Assembly: GCA_030704615.1 (NCBI GenBank)
Contig: CM060731.1
Location: forward strand, 89,900,001 to 89,964,000
DNA length: 64,000 nucleotides
Direction: 5' to 3'
Origin: Takakia lepidozioides
Lineage: Eukaryota > Plantae > Bryophyta
Below, piece after piece: positions 46,508-60,585 of this stretch (its first letter is position 1; every line of letters begins with the position of its first letter). The notes under the pieces are model-generated. The model was not told the DNA's origin, ran no database searches, and was given only the letters and a program-made list of their open reading frames with translations. The position numbers were made by a program, and so were the translations under genes.

Positions 46508-48925
46508 CTAGGCCTTTTGTATCACCACAGCATTTATGAGGCCTGCACCCTCAATTGTCTGCTTTGGATCGGTCAGCTGTTTTGGTGGGAAACCCATCAC
46601 TTGTAGCTGGTAAGGTCCGAAGCTTCCAGGCCTGGCTGCATCAATAAAGCCCCGGATGTCTGCAATAATGTGGGCATGATTGAAGCGTGCCACCATGCGT
46701 GTCCCATCTGAGAGCCGTAGCTGTGCAAACATGAACAGTTGAAAACTACCCATCAGTCAGCAGGGAATCCTAGTATATCAGTCTAATTGAGCACAATCAT
46801 CAGCACGCTTCATACATGGCTCCAAACCTCCACACCATAAATATCTGATAAAGATGTAACACTCACTACATCCTTTCCATACATCCTTCAAACCTGATGT
46901 CTTTAGTACATGCATGTTGTGAGAGGTACATGAAAACTTCCAGTGAGAGAGGTTACCTGTATTGATGTTGCAGGCTTGGCATAACTAAGCCCTGGAATGG
47001 CTGATTCGCAGCTTCAGTGGATGGTGGAACTGGGTTATTGACTTGGCCAGGCCCCAGTGTTTGGCTTGTGCTCCCTAGAGTGCGGCTGGACCCTTGAAAA
47101 GCCACATACTTTGGTTCTGGAGGAGCCTAAAGACAAACGCTCCAAATGTCAAATGAACGCACACCTTCTATTTCTAAGTTTAATCTTTGAATACAAAATG
47201 ACATGGACCAGAGCTCACTGTGGGGCTGTGCCTCCTGGCCATGGGGAAATTTGTGGCCTAAGCCATGCCATTTGAGAGAGAAAATCCCCCAGGTACCCAT
47301 ACTTCTGCAAGGCAATGCCCTATTTGCAGCTGGATGGCCCACGCAGAGCAACCTCCAAAACAATGTGCAACATCTTAAACCTACTGGCTTGGCAAACAGG
47401 GGAAATTACCAGAAGCCCTAATTTGTTTTGGCCCACCAGAAAGGCCACAGAAAGTGTCGAAACAAATGTAGCAGTACATCGCGGATGCACCGGGTGCAAG
47501 ATAAACACAATCTGAGCAAACAAGTTTTAGGGGGGCCAGTTATGCGCCCCTGGAAAAAATTCAGATCCTGTGAATCAAACCTGAAAGGAGAGATCCTGAG
47601 AGACAGGAAACTAGAATAGAAGTATGCGAGGTGTCCTGAAATGCAACTGCAAACCTATGCAAGAGGCAAAAGTGCGTATGAGAACTATTTCACTGGATGC
47701 ACAGGAGAATAGAACCCTATCTCTATTTTGCAAGAGAATGGACACACTAGGAACAACTTAGATGCAGATCTCACATGGGCTACTCGAGAGGGAGTTTATG
47801 GCACATAACAATGCAATGATCTAAAGCAGGGGATACAATCGCATCTTTCCTGCCACTCTTCATCTTTCTTCACAAGATGAACATGCACTGGAGTGTTGCG
47901 GTCTGTTGGCTCCAACTCCTGCGGGCATTCCCCCTTTTTGGTGCTCTGCAAATACATCCACACACACACAAACCCTCCATGTGAATGAACAAGCCAAAAT
48001 CATCTTGATTGCTTCAAGGTCTGCAGGGAAAGAAAGTACATCTAAAAGCGATGCATTAGCACGATCGTCATGCCTCCGCAGTGGACCATTGTCGATAGTG
48101 AATCCATTTCTCCAAAAAACTGATAGTATGGATGATAGGTTCCGGGACAGAGCGTGGTCCAGCCGGTGCTGCCGTTGCTGGAGTTGATCGCTCGGGCTGA
48201 CCGGGCTCGCCAGAAAGAGTCCGCGCGGTTCCTGCAAAACCTCTACCTCGGTCGCTAGAGGCTCCTGCAGCCCTGGGAGGTTCTGCAGGGCCTTCTCGGG
48301 CACCAGATTTTCTTACTCGATCGAAAATGGCATCCACGTCCTGGTGCCCTCTTGAAGGATCTTGTACCATCATGCCACTGCCACAAGGAAAGATTCAATC
48401 AAGAAATTCTCCATCAGAAATTGTTGCAAGTAAAAGACGGATCGTTGCTACAACCTGCAGTTTCGGGTCATCATAAAGTGCCACCACTACCCTCTTCTCC
48501 CCTCCGGTATAATACTCCTGGGGCCCATCAGAGTCGCTGTCCGATTCCGCATGCCGGCCCAAATCAGAAAGAGTCGTGATTCCCCCGCGTGCTGTAGGCT
48601 TCTTCTTACCAGTGCCTTTCTCCTTGCCCTTAGGTCTGCTTGCAAATGAACCTACCGCCTGAGGAGGACCCGAGGATCGAGCGGTCCGCGACCCCAGCAG
48701 ACCTGCCTGCCTCCCTCTTCCTGGCAGCGATACAGAGGTGGCAGGAGGAGCACTCGTCTGCTCGTCTTCCGGATCATTCTCACTCAAGGGCCCCGCACCT
48801 CCATCAAAAGAATGGAGTGCCGCATCCAGTTTCCCGTTACAGCTTTCCAGATAAAAGCGGGCCTGATCTGCTGTGGCCGCGGTTACCCCACAGAATTGAG
48901 CAATGAATTCTTCGTTGGCGTCCAT
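46508..48925 (-). pseudogene. p47/NSFL1C-type plant UBX-domain protein (UBA-SEP-UBX, PUX3/4/5-like), apparently disabled
   Basis: UBA ([15 protein letters not shown]), YYTGGEK, SEP (FWRNGFTIDNGPLR, GECPQEL), SHP (AFQGSSRTLG), UBX ([14 protein letters not shown]...GFPPKQL). Lesions: +1 frameshift at ~48114, GA instead of GT donor near 47848, deletion near 46980. Confidence 0.8.
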
Positions 48926-49515
48926 CCGCGTACCCCACAACACCTCACGCACCACAAAATCAAAGAGCTCGAGATGCTCAGGAGATTAAGTTTGGAGAGG
49001 GAAGATCGGACAAGCAGACTTAATAAAAAGATAAACGCACTCGTGAAGCGCTGCACCTTGGCCGTCGTTCGTCTCTTTCAATCTCATCCCCCCATAGCAC
49101 GGCATCCACACTTATTGTATAGGTATATCATCCCTGCAATCTGATACGAGGTCTGCGGGCGATTAGGGTTTGCAAGTTGCGATCTGGTCCTGACTTTGCA
49201 CTATCTTGAGTTCGTCTGGAAACTGATAAGCGTTGTTCTTGTGCGATGACAGAGCCTGCAAATTGGAAGGGCTTGCAAAACAAAGTGAAGTCTTTGAAGC
49301 TTCAGTTGAACAACGTTCAAGGAAGGAGAATTGTGTTTCAAGAACATGCACCTCCATCTCCTGCAATGGACTTGAGCGTTTACATTCACGAGCTTGGAAT
49401 TTTCTAAGTCTCCGTCCTCTCATCCAGGAGTTCGGCCCACTTGATGCTGAATTGGGGTTAACCGCAGTCTCCTCCATCTGAGTGACGAGGCTGACAGCTC
49501 GTCACTCCAAGAAGC

Positions 49516-51111
49516 ATGCTTACCTGCAGGTTGCGAGTAAGGGTTCTGGAGGGAAAAGGGTTCGGAGTTGAATCGTGTGGCCATGGGTTCGTGCCGCTCA
49601 ACTGCGGTGCAAGCAATTCGTCGCTGAGGAAAAAGGGGGGCACGTATGAAGTTTCCCCAAAACAATCCCAGGTCTCTAGTGATAACGTCCTCATTCTGCA
49701 AAGAAAGAGAGATTTGGGGGGTGTGAGTGCATTTTATTCTCGGGGATCCAGAACTACCCAAGTACGAAGAAGGGAAGGACCGGGTGGATCGAAGCCCAGT
49801 CTTTCAAAGAGAGGTGTGGCTCAAAGGAACCGAGATTTACAAAGTTCATTTGGCTTGGAGTCTTCACCTCGTGTGGAGGATGAAAGTTCTTCCTCGTCTC
49901 CAAGCTTAGAAGAGTTATTGAATAGAGTGGGAGCTGGCCCGTCCAGAAACATCGATGGAAGGGTTCAGATCGAGGCAAATCCAGATCCTTTACTGCTGAA
50001 AAATCTCTCTTTGGAGCTAACAGATGCAGAGCAGCGGAAAAACAAAGAGAGGAGTCGAGCTTTGCCCATCCCTATGCCTCACAAACTACGGCGATCCCTG
50101 CCTCTCCCGTCCCGTCCAAACACTTTTCCCCGGACTCTCAATAATGTCTTTCCATCAGCTCCATCCAGCAATAGTATGCGATCAATTGCGAATCTACCGT
50201 CAGATTACAGTGTTTCGAAGGTCTTTGAAAACTGGGGAGAGTCTTCAAAGAGAAGCTCACTTGTGAAGGTTATTCTGGAGGTAGGTCGGAGGAATCATCT
50301 GGAGCGAGCACTGCAGGTGTATGGATGGGTGCAGCAGCAACCTTACCTTTGGCCTGATGAGATGCTAGTTTTTGTAATGATTCAAGTTGCTGTAGAAAAC
50401 AGAGAATTAGAAGTGGCTGCTCAATTGCGAGCCACTCATGGGGCATTGTCTGCGAGATCTTCTCGAGCACTTGGGCGTGTGTATGCCAACTGTGGATTTG
50501 TAAAAGAGGCTATGGAGCTGCTACAATTGGGGGCAGAAGGTAGTGCCGATGATCCACACGGATATGCAAAGTTGATAAGCATTGCCAGTTGTGCAAGAGC
50601 AAAAATATTTGTGCAGTTACTATTGAAGAGCCGAGAGCTAAAGCTGCAACTGGAGGACTGCACAGCCGTGATGGCAGCATGCAGCAAACTGGGATTAATG
50701 GAGGAGGTAGAGACCCTCTTTCAGCAATACAAAGGAGCAGGCTTTCAGCCAAATATTGTTATGTATACCACTATCATGAAGGCTAGGTCACGGGCCGGAA
50801 AAGACAGAGAGGCAATGGGATTATTGTGGGAGATGGAGGAGGCAGGGTGCAAGCCAGACCTTGTTGCCTACCGCGTGATAGTGAATTTGTGTGGAAAATT
50901 GGGAGATTTATCGAAAGCTGTGAAGCTCTACCGTCACATTAAGGATGCAGGGGTGTCTCCAACCCCTGATGTCTACAACACACTGATCCAGCTCTATTGC
51001 AAAGAAGGTAGGAAGGCCAAAGCCATGGAGGTCTTGAGAGAGATGGAGATGAGGGGCTATGCACCAACTGCAACGACCCGGGTGTATTTATCTGCTTCGT
51101 TCATTGTATGA
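49516..51111 (+). CDS. EMB975: P-class PPR protein, At2g01860/EMB975-like, intronless, probable plastid transit peptide
   Basis: RALQVYGW..QPYLWPDE, DCTAVM.AC.KLG, PNIVMYTTIM, REAMGLLWEMEEAGC..DL.AYRVIV and GVSPT.DVY match the At2g01860 pattern as recalled. Confidence 0.85.
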   Translation: MLTCRLRVRVLEGKGFGVESCGHGFVPLNCGASNSSLRKKGGTYEVSPKQSQVSSDNVLILQRKRDLGGVSAFYSRGSRTTQVRRREGPGGSKPSLSKRGVAQRNRDLQSSFGLESSPRVEDESSSSSPSLEELLNRVGAGPSRNIDGRVQIEANPDPLLLKNLSLELTDAEQRKNKERSRALPIPMPHKLRRSLPLPSRPNTFPRTLNNVFPSAPSSNSMRSIANLPSDYSVSKVFENWGESSKRSSLVKVILEVGRRNHLERALQVYGWVQQQPYLWPDEMLVFVMIQVAVENRELEVAAQLRATHGALSARSSRALGRVYANCGFVKEAMELLQLGAEGSADDPHGYAKLISIASCARAKIFVQLLLKSRELKLQLEDCTAVMAACSKLGLMEEVETLFQQYKGAGFQPNIVMYTTIMKARSRAGKDREAMGLLWEMEEAGCKPDLVAYRVIVNLCGKLGDLSKAVKLYRHIKDAGVSPTPDVYNTLIQLYCKEGRKAKAMEVLREMEMRGYAPTATTRVYLSASFIV

Positions 51112-52339
51112 GAGGTGGCTGCTAATGTTAGATTCATGAGATACAAAGAAGGTAAAACTTCTTTTTCCACTCGTCTTCTGATCCTGAAATCCTCAACCAC
51201 CAGCTGTGGTATTTAGTAGTAAGTTCAGCAGACATGTGCATTTGTCATGGGTCCAGCTCCCAGCTCTGGACGAGCTAGCTCAGGCGAAAATGCTACTATA
51301 GCTAGATTTCAGTCAGAGCGTGTTGCGCCTTGAAGAGGCTAGTCCATGCAGGTTCAACATCTTGCTATTTAAGTAGACTTACCCGTCTTTTCTTCATACG
51401 TGGACTCTCTACAGAACCGCTGCCCCCAATATCCTCACGAAGCAGGACATAAAAGGCTGGTCTGACAGGATCTTCAGAATTCCACATGTGACGGACATGG
51501 GACCCCAACCATGAGCTCACCGAAATCTCCAGTTCTTCGTATGTACCTTCATCACCGCAGGAATAACCTGATCAGGCATACCTTTCTAATTGTCCAGTAG
51601 TTGCTTATGAGTGCTCAGCATAGGCACGTGTGAACATCCAGCATGGGGCATGTTTGGCCCATTCTGGAACATGAGGAAGTGGAGAGAAAAGACTAATTCA
51701 TCTCCGACTGTCCTATTATGAGATAAGTGGAGATACAACTCTTTTCAGAGGTTGCTCATCCTTGGCAGAGAAATTTACTTAAAGATCATAAAAGCATGGG
51801 TTCTTCTGCCAAGGAAGCACTTGAGTCCACCTAATTTGTCCAACCTAAGTCTTCGAAGAGACCGATTGTGCAGCTGTACACAATGTCTCTCTACTGAATC
51901 AGCCACTACAAACATCATGAATGGGTGCCATAAAGGTTTTGATGTGTACAAATGTGCGAATGACAGTCTGCTAAGACCCCCATCCCGGTTTTAGATGGAT
52001 GGGGAGGATGAGGGCATAGAAACTCTTATTCCTCTCCTTCAAAAGTTGTGCAACAGCTCAAAGCTGTCTGACTATGTAGCTGACTGCTCTTATGGTCCTG
52101 TTCATGAGGCAGTGCCACAAAAGAGAACTATGTGCATAAAAGAAGCATGATTTCTTAGGCATAAACCTTGTGACCAGATTCATGCAAAGCAGCAAAGTGT
52201 GGCAAAAAGTGACAACAACCCACAGTCTGGAGCCAACAGAAAGAGATAAGGAATCAAGGAAGGGAACTTGCACTCTCAACTTTGTGAACTTCACTGCAAA
52301 ATAAGGTTTGATATCGGGCGCTCACTCACAGCTTGAAAG

Positions 52340-52930
52340 CCCATGGTGATCTGTTTTATGTATTGATTGGATGCAATGTCTATAACCAGTCCTACACGCA
52401 ATCCAGAGCAGCCTCTGGAAGCTGATGCACAGAGGACTCTTGGCCTCCCACCACACAAAGATGTTCAACTGCACAACTCAAGCAAGGATTACCCTAGCAT
52501 ATAAGCAAACCTCTGGCCACTTCCTGTCCTCACTATCAACCAGTGATGTCTTTCATAGGTGTTCCAGCTATGTTGCAAAGCATGAGCATTACTTATTTCA
52601 TGGTATTCATTTGGAAAGGGGATCACAAGGAGGCGACCTGTTCAGGTGTTCAAGACCATCACGGAGCTCCCCAAGACAATAATATGCCAACAACATCCCT
52701 ACTATCCATCTGTGCCAGAGGCGCACAGCTGGAACCTGAGGCTGGTCAGGTACATCAACAACAACAAACACTGTCCTTCAGTTCCTGGCCTGTGTTGCTT
52801 CTTGATGCATCGTCCATGTATGAACTCCTTTATGTATCAGACAGCCACACCAGGATACATGGTATCCATATCGCCAGTGTCAATGGTGGTAAGGCTATGG
52901 CAAGCAAACGTTCGCAGGGAACGGCATGAG
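52340..52930 (-). mobile_element. Degraded RTE-like LINE 3' remnant
   Basis: Weak traces GELRDG... and EDRKW of the RTE C-terminal pattern. Confidence 0.3.
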
Positions 52931-53050
52931 TACATTATATCTCAGTGGTGATTTTCTTGCATTTCTTGAGAAGAAACAGAGAACATTGTGGAGGACACTA
53001 ACTACATATTGAAGTCAGTTCTCAATATAGAGAGAAGTATGTGATTAAAG

Positions 53051-56000
53051 TTAAGGAGCTGGCACATAGGCCTTTGGCTTGGGTTTCACTTCTGCTTCAT
53101 TCACACTCCGCACAAATATAGCATCAGGTTCATGCCTGCACCATCTTATCCCACAGTTACATTTTGTCAAGCCGTGAATCCACCAGGACCTGTCCTTCGG
53201 GGCAGTCACATCAAAACAACCCATGGCGAGCATACAAGCAATCAGAGATCAGAAAAATTGAGCACTCGGCTTAAAGTCTCAAGAAGTACCAAGTAGCAGA
53301 CAGTAGACACATATGTTTTATGAAAATGATTAGATTAGGGAATGATCATGCAAGGCAGTGTGATAGATGAAGCCCGAAGCTAGCTGTTGTTGAATAGTAG
53401 CTAAAGCACCCATGCCCATTTTGGATGAGATGAACAGAGAGGGAGGAGATATGAGAAAGCAGTATTCATTTAACCAATGCTCTCTAATCAAAGATGAAAT
53501 GGACAGAACAAACGAGGAAAATTGGTCTTACGGTTTCTCGCCCTCCTCAAAGGTATAGCTTGAAGCCACAGCCAACAGGCGACCATCTCTGCTGAAAGAG
53601 AGTGCAGCAATACTACTTGGATATTTTGAATACTGCGAGTGGCATACTTTGTGTTTAGACCTGAATGTAAGGTTTCCAAAATCAAATAATAACACCCATT
53701 CTTAAATAAAGCAACTGCATTGATTACAAAACTATTCACATTAGTTCAGCTGGAGAATTGCTCTCACATCCAGTATGGATCAGAAATACCACAGCGTCTT
53801 TAGTGCTGGAGCAAAATTCAGGTAAACTCTACTGAAACCTGCACAACCAATTCTTAATAACTTGTTGCCTGCACACAGGGCTACACATTTGAAGAACAAG
53901 TTATACCTGGTACAAGCGCTTCTTGTTGTTACCATCCCAGACATTGACAAAGCCATCACAACCACCTGTTGCAAATGTCCCATAGCTGCAGCAACCCACA
54001 GAAAAGTTCTGTTCAGACATACACGGAAGATAACCTTGTGAATCTTCAATCATTGGCTCCATGGAGAGCCTGACAAAAAATCCTCAAAATATTGTGGAAG
54101 TCCAAATTTAATTTGGAGCAATTCTGACGCCAGTAAAGTAAATGAAGTCATCTAAGGAGAAAACATCAAGAAATAGTTTGCCACAGCAGACCAGCTACTA
54201 AGGATAGATAGTACTAACACTGGGTGAAAAGCAATGGCATTGACGGGATAGACTGTATCTCGCCCTTCCTCAGACTTTCGGTGGCACTTGAAGGCGTACC
54301 TGTATCAGATCACATCCGTCATCTGCTTTCAAAGTCTAACAAGATGGTGACAAATGTGAAGTCAATCTCTAATAGCTTGGCCACATACATTAGTGACCAA
54401 GCATGCACCATCACAGGAATGCATGCTACAATTAGAGAAGGACAAGAAATAATTGTTAAAAAATCATTTCAAGTCAGGAGAGTGTACTTTTTGGCTTGGC
54501 CTGCTTCCGACAAGTCAAAAAACTCCATGGCAACACGACCTTCCACTGAACTGAGAGCATAACCTGCAAGGTACATCACACTTCAGCAGTAACCAACCTT
54601 CCTCTATATGCAAAAATCTTTCTTACTGACTGCCACAATTGAGGCAGATGCTTGTGCCTTCACATCTTTCATGGACTTGATTGGAATCCAAATGGGTACT
54701 GTGTTCCTCACATATCCACATGCTGCCTCTCTCTCTCTCCCTCCCTTGGCACTAGACTGAAATTTAAGCTCAGGGTAGGGAGTCTACCTTTGAACATAAA
54801 CAGGTGGAGATTGTCAATGCCCGATGTGCAGGCGGCCTGAAGACAATATCCATTTTCTAATATAATGTCTGGGGAATTCTCATCAGAGAGCAACTGTCTT
54901 CAGGGCCATCAAGAACGTAGTCCCTGCACCTCTGTTCACCAATTTTCAAAACCTCGAGGCTGAGCCTGTAGCCCAGGCCCTGTCGGGGTCTAATTGCTGG
55001 GCAGCTCACACAAAGCAGATTGAAGGGCTTTCTGGAGGAAATCTGGAAAGCCAAACCAGTTGTCTAAACCAAGGTAAGTCCCACTACTGGAGTGAGCCCC
55101 TCACAAAGGTAGTGTCTGTTCCCTCTTGTTCTGCCCAAACTGGGCACAGGGTCATAGGCCGCAAGGGTACGGAAAAAACTATCTTACGAGTACATTCTCT
55201 CGGTCTCTCTATGGTTGAAAAGAAGGTAATCTGCAAGCACAGACCTACCTGTGCCATTGGGGTAACACCGGACACAGCGCGTCTGGTATTTGAGAGAGGA
55301 TTCACGGTGCTGCTCTGCATGTGGCATATGGCGTAGATCATAGACAGTGAGGTGGCGTCCCGCAGTGGCCACCACCAGGCGGTGTCCAACCAGTGACATG
55401 CTGTATACACGTTCAGGCTGTACATATGTCCCAACCCTAGTGCCCCCTCGTGCATCCCAGCACCGCACAGTTTTGTCCCAGCTTCCTGTCACTACTTGGC
55501 CTGACCCGACAATGCAACTGTGGTAAGTAACATGTCTGGCATTAAAGACATTAGTAAACTTGCCACTCCACATGCATAGATATCACTCACAATGTGCCCT
55601 AGACCTAAGCAAGACTAGGCTAACATTTGAGGGAATTCGATAGGTGACTCAATGAGGGATGACCACCCCCAAAATAGCAGCACCAAAATGACCTGATGCA
55701 TGTCAAATGTGACACGGGCCTTTAGCACCAATCGAAGAGAGGGGTTTGATTCAGCACACCTGTTGCATGTGAATACTCTACACATCCCACAGGTGCGTCA
55801 TGCATTCCTAAAAGATCTTCTCTTCCTGTGTTGAAGTCATACCTGCACGAATGGCACCACTTAGAGACAACACCAATGGACCAGATACTGCACTGCAAGG
55901 TGCAAAGATGGACTAAAAAATGCAACGACAGAGGAAACTGCTCAGTATGGGAGGAGGCAGGTTGGGGGGAGGAGTGCACGGGTTCTCAATCTTTCATATA

Positions 56001-56813
56001 GAAGGTAATCATAAAACGTCGTTTGCCGTGGTATAGAGAAGGATTCTCGATATTTCGTATAGAGTACTATAGTAGGGCTTGAAAGCGACTTCTACATAGT
56101 ATTTGATCGTTCATACATGTCTCACCTTAGTCCATTCCTAAGAAAACACAAGTCAGGGTCCAAGCTGTCGGCGTATAAGGGAGCCAAGAGACTGCTGAAT
56201 AGATAAGCGGCATTGCCAGTAACTTGATAGTCAAAGAGACAACGACAAGTACCTACAGACAGTGCGATCTACACTGGCACTGAAGCCTGAAGAATCATCG
56301 TGGAAGCAACAGTCCAGCACAGGTCCTCTGTGAGAGAACTGGCCCTTCAGTATGTTCGCACTTGCATCATACAGTCGCACCTTCTGCATTTGCCCCTCCA
56401 TCACTGTACCATACCTTTCTCTACCCCAAAACAACATCGACGCAATGAAAGGCTCTAACCTATCTATGTGCATTCCCGGATCCATGAATCCTCACTGCCC
56501 CATTCTCACAACCATGTTCCAAGAACCCTGAACTACCCTTCTTGGAAAACTACACAAGCACATTTTTGCGCAAGACAAGCAAGAATCACAGGACACTCTG
56601 CATTGTGATAATTGCTTCCTCTTTTCTGAAAAAAAATTGAGCGGATGCCTTGTCTACCTACAAAAAGATCATAAAGCCGATACAACATACAGTGTCCCAG
56701 GAGGAAACCAGAAGGTGATCGCTATGGTTGGAGAAGCGCAGATTTGAGATACCATCCGAGGGTGGCGAACCCAACTCCCGCCCTGCCCCTGCTCCTTGGC
56801 CCCCTCCTATCAT
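53051..56813 (-). CDS. BUB3: Mitotic checkpoint WD40 protein BUB3, 9 exons
   Basis: Exons read [114 protein letters not shown] and [14 protein letters not shown]; GT-AG boundaries. Confidence 0.95.
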
Positions 56814-57484
56814 CCCTTGCTCCCGTCCTCGCAAACCAACGTGCGTGTGATCAAGACAAAGAGGGCGTAGAACTTTGGAGCAAGAGAGAGCGGGCTACTC
56901 GTTTGAATTGTGCCCTTCTCTCTAAGGGCCACTTTCCATGTGAACCCTTTCCCATTCGCTGACATCATACAAGACGGGGTTAACCAAGGGTTCTATCCAT
57001 TGACTCTTTGGATGGTCCATCCATGTCCAACCCAATATCTAAACCCGTTTTACTTAGGGTACGTTCACACCTGGGGGTAAGTCTATCCCGTAAATAGGTG
57101 TTACCCACGGATTTAGGCGCTATTTATGACCTGTTCACACCTGTCGGGATATTCTTGATAAGTAGCTACTTACGTTAGTTACTTCCAGTTCACACATGGG
57201 CTTGCCTGTCACCTAACAATCCCGTAATAATTCTGGTAACCTAGCGATGTTCACATCTCAGTGGGAGGTAGCAGCGATTGAATAGAAGAGATTGTGATCG
57301 ATCAGCGAACATCATCACAGAATGCAATTGTGTCTCTCCTGTTTTTCATTTCGATTGTGTCTCTTCTGATCTTTCTACTCACGTCCTCCGTTTCATTTCA
57401 GATTGTCTTTCACAATGAATACAGCTTCACGTGTTCATTGAAATGAGGCCCCTTAAGCTTGTTTTGCTCGTTTAGTTCCTCCAT

Positions 57485-58666
57485 TTGATCATGCAGGTCC
57501 ATGAATCCATGTTTTTGTGTTATGAAGCAGAATCTGACAAATTACCGTGTCCATATGATGAATTTCTTGAGACCTCTGAAGAGAATCTAGCCCTCATTCA
57601 TACAATGAGAAATGCCATAGTCTTGCACCAGTATAGACTATCATGTGTGTATGATATGTTATTGAATAGAGACCTCGGTGACTGGGTGAAAGCGAGGTCA
57701 ACAACATGGTTTTCTCATTTCTTGATGACTCAATATGACGACTCAAGATGGATCGAGCATTTCAGAGTAACCCGAGCCTTCATGAATCAGCTAACTCGCA
57801 AATTGGTACCCCTAATGGAGAAGCAAAACACCAAATTCAGATCTGCTGTACCTGTAAGCATCCGTATAGCATGTTCGATGTATAAACTAGCCCATGGCCG
57901 AATACTTACAATGTAGCGAAATGTTCGCAATTGGAAAATCCACGGTCCACTTGGTTCTCCGTGAATTTGTGTCTGCAGTTAACGTAGTATTCAAGAGTCA
58001 ACTCAAATGGCCGGAAGGAGATGATTTATTGGACGTCGTGGTAGGGTTCCGTAATTTTTGTGGCCTTCCTGCCATTCATGGTGCAATAGACGTGACAAAT
58101 CCATATCACAAAGCCGAGGGGGCCAGCAGCTGCAGATTATTTCTCATATAAGTCGAAAGCTCATTCCATGCAACTGCAAGCGGTCGTTGACTACAGAAAG
58201 AAATTCCAAGATGTTTTTCATAGGAATGCCTGGCTCCGTGAATGACTCTTGCATACTGAGACTCTCGAATCTGTATCAAAAAGCCACTTACGAGAACTAT
58301 TTCAGTGAGAATCGGGGTGAAGGTGACATCAGACCATATATTATTGGCGACAAAGGGTATCCGTTACTACCCTGGCTCATGGTTCCACATAAGCAGGTAG
58401 CCAATGTGCGTCATACTGTAATGCAAGCATTATATAACAGACACTTATGCAGAGGACGAAGCGTAGTTGAAAACACTTTTGGAATTCTGAAAAAATGTTT
58501 CCGAGAGTTGCTCCTCAAAACAAATCTGCACGTTTACTTCTTACCTGACGTAGTAGTGTGCTGTTGCATACTCCATAACATGCTTCTAGACGGAAAGGAC
58601 CTGGACATTGACAATCTTATGGCGCAATTGGAACTGGAAAATCGTATAGATTGTAATCACCCCTAG
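57485..58666 (+). pseudogene. HARBI1-like DDE transposase (frameshifted)
   Basis: HFRVTR, FAIGKSTV, GAIDVT, GMPGSVNDS, IIGDKGYPLLPWLMVP, RSVVENTFGILK, CCILHN. Confidence 0.9.
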
Positions 58667-59037
58667 CTCCTGCAAGAGCACTGAACGAGCAGTGGATAGC
58701 CGCTGAACCAGATAATGAGGCAAACAATGAGCCTGAGCTACAAGCTAACGAGGTTTCTGGAATTGGACAACGCACAATTCTTGAAGAATATCTTGCAAGG
58801 AGACCAAGACGACCACGTTGAAATCAAATGTAAAGTTTGAAATTGAATAGAGGCTTGAAGCTTTGAACAGTGAATCATAGCCAATCTGAAAAAATTGTTC
58901 ACTTGTACATAGACAGCAATTTGAATTTTGAATTAGCAAACTGCATGAGAAAATTGATGCTAGACCTAGACAATTGATGCAGCTGAACGCGACAATAGCT
59001 GGAACATGTGCTGCCTTCGCTGTAGACCGGGTCAGTT

Positions 59038-60207
59038 TCAAAGGACAGGATCATGTGCTAGAACCTCTTCGTCAGATGAAGCATCATTGAGATGGATCTG
59101 TGCCGGCATGAGAGCTCTATCTTGGATAAATGCGTGACACATAGCGGTGCTTAGATTAGACAACACTTGAACCATGTTTTTGCTGGTCCTATGAAATTTC
59201 TTGTCTCTTACTTTCATGTACAGTAGGTGGTCTTTGGATGTCTGTGCCTGTGCTTTGCCGCGTCGATCTTTAATATCGAGCTGGGTGGCGTTGATTCGCT
59301 CCATTGCATCAACCAACATCTTGCTGTTTTTATCACTTAATTCAATGACAGGCAAAAACACGCTTGTTCTCTTCCGTTTAACACCTGTACTGCCACACAT
59401 TGGAGTCGTTGGTAGAGTGTTGGCAGTATCAGCAAAATTGACCACATCAGGGAAAACAATGTGATTGTCTGAAACATCATCTAGGTCAATGACATTGGTT
59501 GCCCGCTTTGAATGTTTTCTTGAGGTGCAGGCACATGATCATCGTTTATGGGTGTCGGGACCGAATCTTGATCTTCTTCAACACATGCTTCGGTCTGTGG
59601 TGCCACATAATTTCCGTCTCCATCTGCATTACATCACGGACATGAACTGGAGCATTTATGATACGTTCCCCTTGAACGCTTCAATCGCATGGTAATACTC
59701 CCTGTTGAACTGCCTAGGGAGATGAAATTTGTCCCGCTCTGCAGTAATCATGTCCAAGTACGATGTATGGTGGCCTGTTCCCTTATGATAATCGGATATT
59801 TTCTTGTAATCCGAATTTAAGCCATTCCATTTGTCCTTGCACATTTTGCCATTGCGCTCCATTCTGGCTTTGGTAATAATCTGAACTTCCTCCGCAATCT
59901 TATCCCATCGTTGAACAGTAGGCACCATGTGAGCTCGAGGATCCACCTGTTCCTTCTGACGTGTGTATTCAACATGTTTGCACTTGATGAGCGCGAGTAC
60001 CTCGCTGTGCTCCCAATTACCGTGTCTCATACGAGCATTATTTCCTCCACTTCCCCCTCTTCCTCCCCTTGCACCCCTCCCACGACCTCTTCCCGAGTTC
60101 TGCGATGCAGTCTCCATCTCCACATTGTTTGTGTCGGCCATGTCCACTTGTGTCTGTCCGTTCATGAAAATGCAGCGATGGCGATGGAGGAAGAGGAGCT
60201 GTGGCAA
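59038..60207 (-). pseudogene. Harbinger Myb/SANT-like (trihelix) DNA-binding protein, disrupted
   Basis: NWEHSEVLALI...RWDKIAE...RNGKMCKDKWNGLNSDYKKI..Y; coiled-coil C-terminus in 59038-59445. Confidence 0.85.
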
Positions 60208-60479
60208 CGAATTGTGGTAACTTATCTGCTGTGAAATGGATGTGATAAATTATTGATGGTGATAACACCGAATATCTACATTTCTTGAAGGTTTTATTGG
60301 TGCAAAATTAAGTTATCACCCGCAGTAGCAGTATTTACCAGTACACTACTAGTAGTGGGAGGGGGTAAGTAGAAGGCGCCAGGTAAGCTATTTACCAGTA
60401 AATGGGCGCCAAGTTTGAACGGAAGTAGCTAAAACGGGCGCTATCAGTGACGCTACCCCCATGTGAACGTACATTTAGT

Positions 60480-60585
60480 ATTTGACGCCTCCCCAAGGTA
60501 GCGTAAATTATGGTGTCTTTTCACCCCCAAGGGTTACTGCTTTCCGCTACTGAGGGGGTATGTGCCCATTACCACTGGGCTATAA
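60480..60585 (-). mobile_element. Second, internally deleted copy of the tRNA-derived SINE
   Basis: Matches 35530-35670 (GACGCCTCCC..., TATGTGCCCATTACCACTGGGCTA); the B box is missing. Confidence 0.65.

Larger units (their letters stand above)
57057..60474. mobile_element. PIF/Harbinger DNA transposon (full length, degenerate)
   Basis: TTA TSDs (57054-56, 60475-77); TIR GGGTACGTTCACA / TGTGAACGTACAT; convergent transposase and Myb/SANT genes. Confidence 0.9.
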
